A stretch of 64,000 bases of DNA from Eledone cirrhosa (GCA_964016885.1 OZ024742.1:233864001-233928000); one strand, 5' to 3'; shown: positions 14,690 through 32,567, counted from the stretch's first letter. The notes: generated by a model from the sequence alone, not told the origin. Translations and numbers: made by a program.

Positions 14690-15812
14690 GTATTAGTTAT
14701 ACTATTTATGGTTATGTAAACACAAAACCTTAAGCAGTTGTAAGTATTTTACACACACCCTAAATAGTGGTAGGCAGTAATGTATTACTACCTTATTACC
14801 AGTAAGTTAAGTAGCTCAATGTAAAAACATCAGATGATTTACAGAGCAGTTATATGAAATATAAGAATCAAAGAACTGTTCAAAACATTATTGTGCTTAC
14901 AGCTGTTTCCTCCAAACCGAGGTTTGGATTCTTCGGAGCAATTTATTAATGCATGGACAGTTATATGACCTCCTTTTCAGCCGAGAGACATACCAATACA
15001 TATTCAAACATTGATACATATTCAAACATTGTGGGTCAACATTCATTACAGAATTTAGAGTGCAGTACACACTTCGAGATTACATTTATATTAATAGGTA
15101 CAATCAAAAATCAAAGATATAGGTTAAAGTACAACATGAAGATAAGTGGTTATATAGTGCAAATGTTATATGTGTGGCACGCATGTGCGTCTTGTTTATA
15201 TAGTGTGGCAGAGAGATATGTGTGGTAGAGGCACTTAGGTAGGTAAATAAGAGTGTTAGGTTGGTAGATCTGGTGGCAAAGTCTTTATATGATTGATGTA
15301 GTCTGTGTGTGGAGAAATATTATAAGCATTAATGCTTATAATATTTCTCCACACACAGACTACATCAATCATATAAAGACTTTTGCCACCAGATCTACCA
15401 ACCTAACACTCTTATTTACCTACCTAAGTGCCTCTACCACACATATCTCTCTGCCACACTATATAAACAAGACGCACATGCGTGCCACACATATAACATT
15501 TGCACTATATAACCACTTATCTTCATGTTGTACTTTAACCTATATCTTTGATTTTTGATTGTACCTATTAATATAAATGTAACCTCGAAGTGTGTACTGC
15601 CACTCTAAATTCTGTAATGAATGTTGACCCACAATGTTTGAATATGTATCAATGTTTGAATATGTATTGGTATGTCTCTCGGCTGAAAAGGAGGTCATAT
15701 AACTGTCCATGCATTAATAAATTGCTCCGAAGAATCCAAACCTCGGTTTGGAGGAAAACAGCTGTAAGCACAATAATGTTTTGAACAGTTCTTTGATTCT
15801 TATATTTCATAT
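14689..15812. mobile_element. Element C: spacer-less ~960-bp palindrome of a PLE 3' end plus tail
   Basis: Arms 14851-15330 and 15331-15812 centred on TATAAGCATT|AATGCTTATA; tail 14689-14850; variant hammerhead in each arm. Confidence 0.8.
14894..14940 (-). ncRNA. Variant hammerhead (core CCGAAGA, U4C); mirror copy at 15723-15770 on +
   Basis: UGCU-CCGAAGA-A-UCCAAACC-uc-GGUUUGGA-G-GAAA-CAGCU-GUA-AGCA; palindromic stem III ACAGCUGU. Confidence 0.7.
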
Positions 15813-15828
15813 ATATATATATATATAT

Positions 15829-15916
<88 letters not shown>

Positions 15917-16830
15917 TATATATATAATATATATATATATATATTATTTATATATATAATATATATATATATATATATTATTTATATATTATATATTATA
16001 TATATATAATATATATATTATATATATATATATATATATATTATTTATATATTATATATTATATATATATAATATATATATATATTATATATATATTATA
16101 TATTATATATATATAATATATATATATATATTATATATATATAATATATATATAATATATATATATATATATTATATATATATATAATATATATTATATA
16201 TATATAATATATATATATAATATATATATTATATATTATATATATATAATATATATATATTATATATATATTATATATTATATATATATAATATATATAT
16301 ATATATTATATATATATAATATATATATAATATATATATATATATATTATATATATATATAATATATATTATATATATATAATATATATATATAATATAT
16401 ATATTATATGTATATAATATATATATATAATATATATTATTAATATATTATATATATATATAATATATATATAATATATATATATAATATATATATAAAT
16501 ATAATATATATTATATATATATAATATATATATATAATATATATATATTATATAATATATATATAATATATATATATAATATATATATAATATATATATA
16601 TATATTATATATAATATATATATATATATTATATATATATATATAATATATATATATATATTATATATATATATTATATATATATATATATTATATATAT
16701 ATATATTGTATATATATATATTATATATATATATATTATATATATATATATTATATATATATATATATTGTATATATATATATTATATATATATATATAT
16801 TATATATATATATATTGTATATATATATAT

Positions 16831-16864
<34 letters not shown>

Positions 16865-16913
16865 ATATTATATTATATATATAATATATATATTATATAT
16901 ATATATATTATAT

Positions 16914-16945
<32 letters not shown>

Positions 16946-16964
16946 ATATTATATATATATATAT

Positions 16965-17013
<49 letters not shown>

Positions 17014-17032
17014 TATATATATATATATATAT

Positions 17033-17107
<75 letters not shown>

Positions 17108-17111
<4 letters not shown>

Positions 17112-18320
17112 GAAAATAAACCAATAAGCCTTCAATACATCAAAAGTCTTTATTAGCCAACAATGTTTCGTCCTATTAAGGACTCATCAGGGCAATTAAA
17201 GCTATAAGAAGCACTATCGGCCAATACAAGCCAAAAACTCAGAAGAATATGAGTGTACATAGATTAAAGCATAGGAAAATTATCGGGTAAAAGTTATCAA
17301 GTAAAAATTGCTAAGGAAGTGAATAAAATTTTGAACCATATTACAAATATAGTCCAATGCAAAAACTAAAGCTAAACAAAGGTGGTGATATAGAGCGGGA
17401 ATTATTGTACTATATATAATATAATATAATATAATATAATATAATATAAAATAATATAATTGATAATGACAATAATAATAATAATATTAAAAGGCCCAAT
17501 ATACATATATATATATATATACATATGTACACATATATACATATATATCAATACACATTTCCATCAATACAAGCACAAACTAACCCTATTAAGAGTTTAA
17601 ATATAAATAAGAATAATAAGAATAATAAGAATAAAAATAAAAATAAAAATAAAAATAAAAATAAAATAAAAATAAAATAAAAATAAAATTATAATACATA
17701 TATTATTTACAGTATAAAATAAGAAGAAATGATTAAAAGTAAACATATAATATATTATAATAAACTATATAATTATATAATAGATAATCTCCGGTTAATT
17801 TGCACAAACAATATAAATGTTACAATAACACTATAATAACAATATTATAATATAATCGCATATAACTTAACAAATCATATAGAGTTACAGACCGGGTGAG
17901 AAAAAATATTGTACAGAACTAAATTATGTTGGAAAAATTATGTTGGAAAAATATCAAAATTGCAAGAAAACAGATGGAGGTCACATTTCTCTACAATTGG
18001 TGTAAATAAATATTATCCAAACATTACAAAAATTATAAAAATATAAAAAAATTACAGAATTTACAAAATTTAACATAACATAATGGTACATTTAATAATC
18101 GGTAAATAATAAAGATCAGTAGTACGTTTACAAAGAGTGGAATGATATAAAAATTTCAATATAAAATATTGAACATAGTATAATATACATAATTACGTGG
18201 TTGGTGGACAGACATTTGTGAATAAGTGAATAAGAACCAGACAGAAAACTACGCACGGTAGTATAAATATATAAATAAAATCAACCGGAAATCGAAAAAC
18301 AAAAACAAAAGTATTTACTT
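17108..18320 (-). mobile_element. Single-arm copy of element B (B'), without Helitron
   Basis: Colinear with 6537-7201 + 8126-8664. Confidence 0.88.
17156..17193 (-). ncRNA. Minimal type I hammerhead ribozyme (B')
   Basis: Identical to 6585-6622. Confidence 0.85.
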
Positions 18321-18470
18321 GTAATATATTACATATATATGTAATATATTACATATATATATATATTACATATATATATATATATATTATATATATATAT
18401 ATATTATATATATATATATATTATATATATACATATATATATATATTATATATATTACATATATATATAT

Positions 18471-18530
<60 letters not shown>

Positions 18531-18699
18531 TACATATATATATATATATTATATATATATATATATTATATATATTACATATATATATATTACATATATA
18601 TATATATTATATATATATATATATATTATATATATTACATATATATATTACATATATATATATATAATATATTATATATATATATATATATTATATATA

Positions 18700-18778
<79 letters not shown>

Positions 18779-18793
18779 ATTATATATATATAT

Positions 18794-18824
<31 letters not shown>

Positions 18825-18854
18825 ATATATATATATATATATTATATATATATA

Positions 18855-18922
<68 letters not shown>

Positions 18923-19040
18923 ATATTATATATATATTATATATATATATTATATATATATATTATATATATATATTATATATATATATATTACATATAT
19001 ATATATTATATATATATATATTATATATATATATATATAT

Positions 19041-19071
<31 letters not shown>

Positions 19072-19528
19072 TATATATTATATATATATATATATATTAT
19101 ATATATATATTATATATATATTACATATATATATTATATATATATTACATATATATATTATATATATATATATTATATATATATATTATTTATATATATA
19201 TTATATATATATATTATATATATATATATTATATATATATATTATTTATATATATATATATATATATATTATTTATATATATATATATATTATATATATA
19301 TATTATATATATATATTATTTATATATATATATATATATTATATATATATATATATTATATACATATATATTATATACATATATATTATATACATATATA
19401 TATATATTATTTATATATATATATTATATACATATAAATATTATATATATATATTATTTATATATATATATTATATATATATAAATATTATATATATATA
19501 TTATTTATATATATATATTATATATATA

Positions 19529-19582
<54 letters not shown>

Positions 19583-19745
19583 TATATATATATATTATAT
19601 ATATATATATTATATATATATATATTATATATATATTTTATTATATATATATATATATTATATACATATATATATTATATATATATATTATTTATATATA
19701 TATATTATATATATATAAATATTATATATATATATTATTTATATA

Positions 19746-19814
<69 letters not shown>

Positions 19815-20153
19815 ATATATTATATATATATATTATATATATATATATATTATATATATTATATATATTATATATATTATATATATTATATATATTATAT
19901 ATATATATTATATATATATATATTATATGTATATATATATTATATATATATATTATATATATATATTATATATATATATTATATATATATATATATTACA
20001 TATATATATATATTATATTTATATACATTATATATATATATATATTATATATATATATATATTATATATATATACATTATATATATATATTATATATATA
20101 TATTATATATGTATATATATTATATATATATATTATATATATATATATATATA

Positions 20154-20220
<67 letters not shown>

Positions 20221-20248
20221 TATATATATATATTATATATATATATAT

Positions 20249-20281
<33 letters not shown>

Positions 20282-20588
20282 ATATATATATATTATATAT
20301 ATACATATATAATATATATATATAATATATATATATAATGTATATATATATAATATATATATATATAATATATATATATATATAATGTATATAAATATAA
20401 TATATATATATATATAATATATATATATATATAATATATATATATAATATATATATTATATATATATATATATATATTATATACATATATATATTATATA
20501 TATATATTATTTATATATATATATATTATATATATATAAATATTATATATATATATTATTTATATATATATATTATATATATATATAT

Positions 20589-20620
<32 letters not shown>

Positions 20621-20684
20621 ATATATTATATATATATATTATATATATATAAATATATTATATATATATTTTATATATATATAT

Positions 20685-20718
<34 letters not shown>

Positions 20719-20779
20719 ATATTATATATATATATATATTATATATATATATATACTATATTTATATACATTATATATA

Positions 20780-20817
<38 letters not shown>

Positions 20818-20999
20818 TATATATATATATTATATATATATATTATATATATATATATATTATATTTATATACATTATATATATATATATTATATATATA
20901 TATATAATTATATATATATACATTATATATATATATTATATATATATATTATATATGTATATATATTATATATATATATTATATATATATATATATATA

Positions 21000-21080
<81 letters not shown>

Positions 21081-21283
21081 TATATATATATTATATATAT
21101 ATATTATTTATATATATATATTATTATATATATATATATTATTTATATATATATATTATATATATTATATATTATATATTATATATATATATTATATATA
21201 CATATATATACTATATACATATATATATTATATATATATATTATTTATATATATATATTATTTATATATATATATTATTTATA

Positions 21284-21322
<39 letters not shown>

Positions 21323-21403
21323 ATATATATATATATTATATATATATATATATTATATATATATATTATATATATATTATATATATATATTATATATATT
21401 ATA

Positions 21404-21476
<73 letters not shown>

Positions 21477-22076
21477 ACATATATATATATATATTATATA
21501 TATATATATATTATATATATATATATATATATTATATATTTGTATATTACATATATATATATATTATATATTTATATATTACATATATATATATTATATA
21601 TATATATATATTATATATATATATATTACATATATATATATTATATATATATATATTACATATATTTATATATTATATATATATATTACATATATATATA
21701 TATATTACATATATATATATATTATATATATATATTATATATATATATATTACATATATATATATTATATATATATATATTATATATATATTACATATAT
21801 TATATATATTATATGTATTATATATATATATACTACATATATATATATATTATATATATATATTATATATATATATATTACATATATATATATTACATAT
21901 ATATATATTACATATATATATATTACATATATATATATTACATATATATATATTATATATATATATTTTATATATTATATATATATATATATTACATATA
22001 TATATATATATATTATATATATTATATATATATATTATATATCTATATTATATATATATATTTTATATATATATAT

Positions 22077-22107
<31 letters not shown>

Positions 22108-22227
22108 ATATATATTATATATATATATATATTACATATATATATATATATATTATATATATTATATATATATATTATATATATATATTATATATCTATA
22201 TTATATATATATATTTTATATATATAT

Positions 22228-22270
<43 letters not shown>

Positions 22271-22370
22271 ATATATATATTATATGTATATATATATATT
22301 ATATATATATTATATATATATATTATATATATATATATTTTATATATAATATATATATATATATTATATA
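18321..22370. repeat. Long imperfect (TA)n array; similar arrays at about 12.6-14.7, 15.8-17.1, 25.2-30.2 and 32.4-34.0 kb
   Basis: Directly visible. Confidence 0.95.
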
Positions 22371-22504
22371 CATGTAAAGTTATATTTAAAATTGTTGGGT
22401 TACAACTAGTAAATATTTATAACTGATATAAAAGCACTCGACAAATACTTGGAGTATATTTACAATATTAAATAAATGGAAAACTATATTTATAAAACCA
22501 TATT

Positions 22505-22570
22505 TATTTCATTATATATATTTCGGGGATATCATATTAACAATATGCTATGCCTTCATCAGACAAAATA
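22505..22570 (-). ncRNA. Type I hammerhead ribozyme (D, left arm)
   Basis: UAUUUUGU-CUGAUGA-long stem II-GAAA-UAUAUAUA-AUGAAAUA; palindromic stem III. Confidence 0.75.
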
Positions 22571-22904
22571 CAATATAAACAGTTTTATAGATAAATATAT
22601 TCGACATACCGTAATAAACATCAACTTCATTTGAAGAGGTTCACTCTAGCAGTGAAAATACAGAGAGAAAGAAAGAGAGAGAGAAAAGAGGGAAATAAGA
22701 AAGAAAGAAAGACAAAACGAAGAAAAGGAAGAAAAGGAAGAAAAAGAAGAAATGCATGGGACAAAATAGAGAGATGGCAGGGTATGCTGATAAGATTGTG
22801 TACATAGATAATGATAAACAAACTAAACAAAGTAACAACTTTTTAATTATGGCAACAACATTAACAACTATAATAGAAAGCATTACAATAATTCCAAAGG
22901 ACAA

Positions 22905-23590
22905 AAAAGAAATAGAACTAGGAACATAATTTGGTTTGCCCCCCCTTTCTCACTAAACATTAAAACCACATCGCTAAATTATTTTTCAAAGCTCTTGATA
23001 ATCGCTTCCCTAGAACCCATAGGTACCACTCAATCTTCAATAGGCATACAATTAAATTAACCTACTCATCCACCAAAAATTTAGCACAAAATATTAATAG
23101 AATAAATAATAGGAACTTAAAACCTACTGATAATAGCATAAATAATATACAAGTTAACAAATGTAACTGTAGAGATAGATCTAAATGTCCGTTAAATAAC
23201 AACTGCTTAGTTAAAAATATAGTATACAATTGTAATGTTAATACTGACTCTAATTCTTTTAACTACGTCGGTTCCACATCGACGGAATTTAAACTTCGCT
23301 ATAATAACCACAAGAATTCTTTCACAGATCCAAATAAAAAATCTTCAACGGCACTATCAGGTGTACTCTGGCAACTTAAGCTAGATAACGTTAGATATTC
23401 GACGGCTTGGAATATAGTCTCAAGAGGGATTCCTTTTAATTCATCCTCTGAGACATGTGACCTCTGCGCAGAGGAGATATTCTTTATACTAAAATCTAAA
23501 AATTCCCTTAACCTACGGACAAATTTATTCAGTTGTTGCAAACATAGATTAAACTCAACGTTTAAATATAAATTTAAATTTAAAATGTAG
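22905..23590 (+). pseudogene. PLE thumb/linker + GIY-YIG endonuclease remnant
   Basis: RNIIWFAPP..IFNRHTIKLTYS..KCNCRDRSKCPLNNNCLVKNIVYNC..NYVGSTSTEFKLRYNNHKNSF..CDLCAEE..SCCKHR, stop at 23588-23590; no ATG, so missed by the ORF track. Confidence 0.88.
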
Positions 23591-24673
23591 TATATTTAGT
23601 TTGATTTATATTTATATGAGAACTAGCCGATAAATCTTTTGATTCCTAAATCTTTGATTCCCTCTTTTTACTCTTTTTATTGTTTATTTTATTTTATTTA
23701 TTTTTATTTTTATTTTTATTTTTATTTTTATTTTTATTTTTATCTAAACATTCCTCATGAAAAATTAAGCTACCCTAAAAGCCGATGCTCCAAATTTTCT
23801 GAATTAACCTTACACTTGATAAACTTATATATTAAATATAGGAACATATGTAGACATTATTGGACATCATAATCTTTTTTTGCGATATTCCTTGCTAGAT
23901 GTGATTTGATAGATAATTTTTGGCTTTGTCTTGTAGTGAACTTGGCAATATATTGTCAATTAACCTTGAAGGGTTGTTCTTTGTGGTTTACTTTTATTTT
24001 TATTCTTTTAGTATTGTAGTATTCTATAATATTTTTATATTTTTATTTTTTATTTTATTTTATTTTTATTTTTAATATTTTTATATGTAAGTTTATTTTA
24101 ATATTTTTATATGTAAAGTTTTAATACGTAATATTTTTAATACGTAGTATTTTTAATATGCAATATTTTTATTATGTAATATTCTTTCGTAATATTCTTT
24201 TTTAGTTTTCTATTCTATATTTTTTATATTTTTATATATTTTTACTTATTATCATTATTATTGTTATCTCTGCTTATAATATAATATATATTTTCGATTA
24301 GTATATTGAAATCTGCTCTCTATTTCTGCTTGATAGATAATCTTGTAGAGAATAATAATACGCTCAAATTTTATACCACATTGAGAATGTTTTCCGGTAA
24401 CTTTGAATTTGCGGAGTGAATCAGTTGGATTCACATAGACATATGAATTTTTTTAAAAAAAACTAAACATAAGATAATGAATTTTCACGCATTGTGAATA
24501 CTTGTTTCATTCAGGAATACTGATATTTACAATATAGTGTAAGTTTTATAAATACTAATACATTAAAACATAGGGTTTTCTACGCCTCGAATATGTCTGG
24601 CTATTTTTAAATTTCTCTCTCTCTATATCTCTCTATATCTCTCTATATATCTCCCTTACATTAATACTTGAGC

Positions 24674-24708
<35 letters not shown>

Positions 24709-25073
24709 ATGCATCATTGATACACTTACTCAAAATGACCTCCCACTACCTAATTTTTCTATATCTATATTTATATATGTATCTATCTCTATTTCCTCTC
24801 TCTCTATATATATATATATATCTCTTTCGGTCTCTTTACATGAAGCTCTTCGCTTTATCTATTTTTCCATCTCTCTATTTTGTCCCATGCATTTCTTCTT
24901 TTTCTTCTTTTTCTTCCTTTTCTTCGTTTTGTCTTTCTTTCTTTCTTATTTCCCTCTTTTCTCTCTCTCTTTCTTTCTCTCTGTATTTTCACTGCTAGAG
25001 TGAACCTCTTCAAATGAAGTTGATGTTTATTACGGTATGTCGAATATATTTATCTATAAAACTGTTTATATTG

Positions 25074-25139
25074 TATTTTGTCTGATGAAGGCATAGCATA
25101 TTGTTAATATGATATCCCCGAAATATATATAATGAAATA
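25074..25139 (+). ncRNA. Type I hammerhead ribozyme (D, right arm)
   Basis: Reverse complement of 22505-22570. Confidence 0.75.
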
Positions 25140-25284
25140 AATATGGTTTTATAAATATAGTTTTCCATTTATTTAATATTGTATATATATTATATATATA
25201 TATATATTATATATATATATATTATATATATATACATTATATATATATATTATATATATATATTATATATGTATATGTATTATA

Positions 25285-25370
<86 letters not shown>

Positions 25371-25389
25371 TATATATATATATTATATA

Positions 25390-25465
<76 letters not shown>

Positions 25466-25995
25466 TATATATATATATTATATATATATATTATATATAT
25501 ATATATATTATATATATATTATATATATATATATATATTATATACATATATATATTATATATATATATTATTTATATATATATATTATATATATATAAAT
25601 ATTATATATATATATTATTTATATATATATATTATATATATATATTATATATAAATATATATATATATATATTATATATATATATATATATTATATATAT
25701 ATATTATATATATATATTATATATATATATATATTATATATATATTTTATATATATATATATATTATATATATATATTATATATATATATTATATATATA
25801 TATATATTATATATATATTTTATATATATATATATATATTATATATATATATATATTATATATATATATTATATATATATATATATTATATTTATATACA
25901 TTATATATATATATATATTATATATATATATTATATATATATACATTATATATATATATTATATATATATATTATATATGTATATATATTATATA

Positions 25996-26034
<39 letters not shown>

Positions 26035-26052
26035 TATATATGTATTATATAC

Positions 26053-26137
<85 letters not shown>

Positions 26138-26191
26138 TATATATATATATTATATATATATTATATATATATATATTATATATATATATAT

Positions 26192-26225
<34 letters not shown>

Positions 26226-26459
26226 ATATTATATATATATATATTATATATATATATATATATTATATACATATATATATTATATATATATATTATTTAT
26301 ATATATATATTATTTATATGTATATATATTATTTATATATATATATTATATATATTATATATATATATTATATATACATATATATACTATATACATATAT
26401 ATATTATATATATATATTATTTATATATATATATTATTTATATATATATATTATTTATA

Positions 26460-26514
<55 letters not shown>

Positions 26515-26614
26515 ATATATATATATATATTTTATATATATATATATAATATATATATATATATTATATATATATATTATATATATATTATATATATATA
26601 TTATATATATTATA

Positions 26615-26685
<71 letters not shown>

Positions 26686-27311
26686 ACATATATACATATA
26701 TATATTATATATATATATATATATATATTATATATTTGTATATTACATATATATATATATATTATATATTTATATATTACATATATATATATTATATATA
26801 TATATATATTATATATATATATTACATATATATATATATTATATATATATATATTACATATATATATATATTATATATATATATTACATATATATATATA
26901 TATTACATATATATATATATTATATATATATATTATATATATATATATTACATATATATATATTATATATATATATATTATATATATATATATTATATAT
27001 ATATTACATATATATATATATTATATGTATTATATATATATATACTACATATATATATATATATATTATATATATATATTATATATATATATATTACATA
27101 TATATATATTACATATATATATATTACATATATATATATTACATATATATATATTATATATATATATATATTTTATATATTATATATATATATATATTAC
27201 ATATATATATATATATATTATATATATATATTATATATATATATTATATATATATATTATATATATATATTATATATCTATATTATATATATATATTTTA
27301 TATATATATAT

Positions 27312-27342
<31 letters not shown>

Positions 27343-27554
27343 ATATATATTATATATATATATTATATATATATTATATGTATATATATATATTATATAT
27401 ATATTATATATATATATTATATATATATATATTTTATATATAATATATATATATATATAATATATATATATATATTATATATATATATATTATATATATA
27501 TACATTATATATATATATTATATATATATATTATATATGTATATGTATTATATA

Positions 27555-27690
<136 letters not shown>

Positions 27691-27846
27691 CATATATATA
27701 TTATATATATATATTATTTATTTATATATATTATATATATATATATATTATATACATATATATATTATATATATATTATTTATATATATATATTATTTAT
27801 ATATATATTATATATATATATATATATATTTTATATATATATATAT

Positions 27847-27880
<34 letters not shown>

Positions 27881-27912
27881 ATTATATATATATTATATAT
27901 ATATATATATTA

Positions 27913-27950
<38 letters not shown>

Positions 27951-28252
27951 TATATATAATATATATAGAGATATAATATATATATATATGTAATATATAT
28001 ATATAATATATATATATAATATATATATGTAATATATATATATAATATATATATATATGTAATATATATAATATATATATATATATATAATATATATATA
28101 TGTAATATATAAATATATAATATATATATATATGTAATATATAAATATATAATATATATATATATATATATATAATATATATATATGTAATATATAAATA
28201 TATAATATATATATATATATATATATAATATATATATATATATTATATATAT

Positions 28253-28317
<65 letters not shown>

Positions 28318-28326
28318 ACATATATA

Positions 28327-28358
<32 letters not shown>

Positions 28359-28375
28359 TACATATATATATATAT

Positions 28376-28409
<34 letters not shown>

Positions 28410-28913
28410 ATATATATATATTATATATTTATATATTACATATATATATATTATATATATATATATATATTATATATTTATATATTACATATATATATAT
28501 ATTATATATTTATATATTACATATATATATATTATATATATATATATATATTATATATATTACATATATATATATATTATATATATATATTACATATATA
28601 TATATATATTACATATATATATTATATATATATATATATTATATATATATATTACATATATATATATATTATATCTCTATATATATTATATATATATATA
28701 TTATATATATATATATTATATATATATATATTATATATATATATATATTACATATATATATATATTATATATGTTATATATATATATACTACATATATAT
28801 ATATTATATATATATATTATATATATATATATATTACATATATATATATTACATATATATATATTACCTATATATATATATATTACATATATATATATAT
28901 TATATATATATAT

Positions 28914-28944
<31 letters not shown>

Positions 28945-29088
28945 ACATATATTATATATATTATATATATATATATTACATATATATATATATTATATAT
29001 ATATATATATTATATATATATTATATATATATTACATATATATATTATATATATATTACATATATATATATATATTATATATATATAT

Positions 29089-29120
<32 letters not shown>

Positions 29121-29150
29121 ATTATTTATATATATGTTATATATATATAT

Positions 29151-29211
<61 letters not shown>

Positions 29212-29287
29212 ATATATATATTATATACATATATATATTATATATATATATTATTTATATATATATATATTATATACATATAAATAT

Positions 29288-29318
<31 letters not shown>

Positions 29319-29319
29319 C

Positions 29320-29352
<33 letters not shown>

Positions 29353-29369
29353 ATATATATATTATATAC

Positions 29370-29402
<33 letters not shown>

Positions 29403-29472
29403 ATATATATATTATATACATATATATATTATATATATATATTATTATATATATATATATTATATACATATA

Positions 29473-29510
<38 letters not shown>

Positions 29511-29533
29511 CATATATATATTATATATATATA

Positions 29534-29571
<38 letters not shown>

Positions 29572-29768
29572 CATATATATATTATATATATATATTATTT
29601 ATATATATATATTATATACATATAAATATTATATATATATATTATTTATATATATATATATTATATATATATATATATTATATATATATATTATATATAT
29701 ATAAATTATATATATATATTATATATATATATATATTATATATATATATTTTATATATATATATTATA

Positions 29769-30083
<315 letters not shown>

Positions 30084-30110
30084 TATATATATATAATATA
30101 TATATATATA

Positions 30111-30184
<74 letters not shown>

Positions 30185-30187
<3 letters not shown>

Positions 30188-32415
30188 GATATTAATAAAT
30201 GGAAACTATATTTATAAAACCATATTTATTTCTTTATACATATTTCAGGGATACCATATTAAATTATGGTATGCCTTCATCAGACAAAATACAATATATA
30301 ACAGTTTTATAAATAGCTTTGACGTACCCTTTTAAAATACAACCATTACTTTCGGAGCTGTCTGGATAGTGAATTGTTTATATTGTTTTAATAAGTCATA
30401 GTGTTAAGCACAATTAGAAAAAGACGGAGATAAAGAAAAAGGACGGAGAGAGAGAAAGAAAGAAAGAAAACCTGGAGAAATATCGGAGAGAGAGAGAAAT
30501 GTATGGAGAAAAGAAAGAGATAAATAAAGATAGGAGGAAATAAAAAATAAAAAAGAAAAAAGAAAGAAAAGGAAGAAATAAGAAAAACAAAGGAAAGCAA
30601 CAGAGAGATATCAAGTCATCATACAGAGAGAAAAACTCAAGAGAGAGAAATACTATATAGAGAGAGGTGGGGACAATGAAAACTTTACGTCATGTCATAT
30701 TAAGTTGAGTTAACAATTTATATGAAAGGAATAATAAAAATATAAGTATCAATATTCATGAATGGGACATAGATATATAATATGAGAAATTAAACATTGA
30801 TCAATAATGACTATATGTTTAGTTTAGAAACTTGAGATCAATATATCAAAATCTGAGTTCAAAATGTACTCTTGCTATAGAGATCAGTATTTTATGCAAA
30901 GACATACAAATACATATGTATATATATATACATATAGATACGCACGTCCTGAAAATAGACATTATGTTTACTCAAGCCACAACAATATAGCCATACAAAA
31001 CGTAAATGATTTCTCTTAATCACTGCTATACATTCTTTGTGTTATAAAAATTTCACAGTATATATATACAAATATATACGATCAACATTCATGTTCTCAT
31101 ATATACGATTACCATTCATGTGTTTAATATTATGCATATCTGCAACATACCTCCCAACCACATAGATATATACACATACATATATACACATACATATGTA
31201 TAAATAAATATTTGCGTGCGTCGTCACGCATCACTCATGTATATATACAGACATATATAGACACAAAAAAAACTATAACACTTTTTATGCATGTTAATAT
31301 ACACATATGCATTTGCATAGAGATAATCAAATATCAATATTTCACTAAAGGATTATAAACATAACCATAACAAAATAAATTTAAAATACCAAAGGAGTAT
31401 ATTTTTGGAAATGCAGCTATATCAGTATAGACAAAAGAAATCTATAATATCAAAGCATTAAATATCTTTAAAACACTATAGAGTATCTTAAGTTAAAATA
31501 ATATGTTTTATATATTTAGTATAGAAATTTATCCTACGTATATCTCAATCAAGATATTGAAAGGGGTAGGACATATGAAAGTTATGAGAAGCTATCATAA
31601 TCAAAACAAATAAATAAAAATAATTTAAAAGATTTTAAAAAAACCAATGATTCTACAGATAACCTTATATTTAGTATGGAAATTTACCTTACGTATATTT
31701 TATTTAATACATTGGAAGTATAGACATTTTAGAGTAGTTTATTATATCCTTGTTTATATTTAGGAAGAAAGTTTAAAAAGAAAAAGGGTGAAGGAATCTA
31801 ATGATTTATCGACAGGTTCCATATATTAACTAAAATTACTTAATTATTTATACTACATTTTAAATTTATATTTATATTTAAACGTTGAGTTCAATCTATG
31901 TCTGCAGCAACTGAATAAATTGTTCCTTAGATTAAGGGAATTTTTGGACTTTAATATAAAAGAATATTTCTTCAATACAAAGATCACAATTCTCTGAAGA
32001 GGAATTAAAAGGAGTAGCTTCTGAAATAATATTCCAATTCATCGAATATTTAATATTATCTCGTTTTAGGTCCCATAGTAGGCTAGATAGCGAAGTTGAA
32101 GATTTTTTGTTTGGATCTGTGAAAGAATTCTTATGATTATTGAAGCGAAATTTAAATTCTGTAGAGATGGAGCCAACATAGTTAAATGAATTTAAATTAG
32201 TTTTAACATTACAATTGTACACTACATTTTTAGCTAAGCAATTGTTATTTAACGAACAGTTAGATTTATTTCTACAGTTACAGTTATTTAATTGAATATT
32301 GTTTGGGTTATTATTGGTATTTTGGTGAGGTTTTAAATTCCCGTTATTAATTCTATTAATATTTTGTGCTAAATTTTTGGTGGACGAGTAAGTTAATTTT
32401 ATAGTGTGTCTATTA
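30185..32415 (-). mobile_element. Penelope-like element E (diverged relative of D), 5'-truncated, no inverted arm
   Basis: GIY-YIG remnant at 31853-32410 (VVYNC..NYVGSISTEFKFRFNNHKNSF..CDLCIEE); 3' end similar to D. Confidence 0.88.
30227..30291 (-). ncRNA. Type I hammerhead ribozyme (E)
   Basis: CUGAUGA-AGG-C-AUACCAUA-auuuaa-UAUGGUAU-C-CCU-GAAA-UAUGUAUA; stem II pairs better than in D. Confidence 0.8.
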
Positions 32416-32484
32416 AATATATATATATATATATATTGTATATTTATATATATATTATATACATATATATATTATATATATATA

Positions 32485-32527
<43 letters not shown>

Positions 32528-32567
32528 ATATATTATATATATATATATTATATATATATATTATATA

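Larger units (their letters stand above)
22371..25183 (+). mobile_element. Penelope-like element D with inverted arms
   Basis: Near-identical 317-bp arms 22461-22777 and 24867-25183; tail 22371-22460; GIY-YIG remnant on +. Confidence 0.88.
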
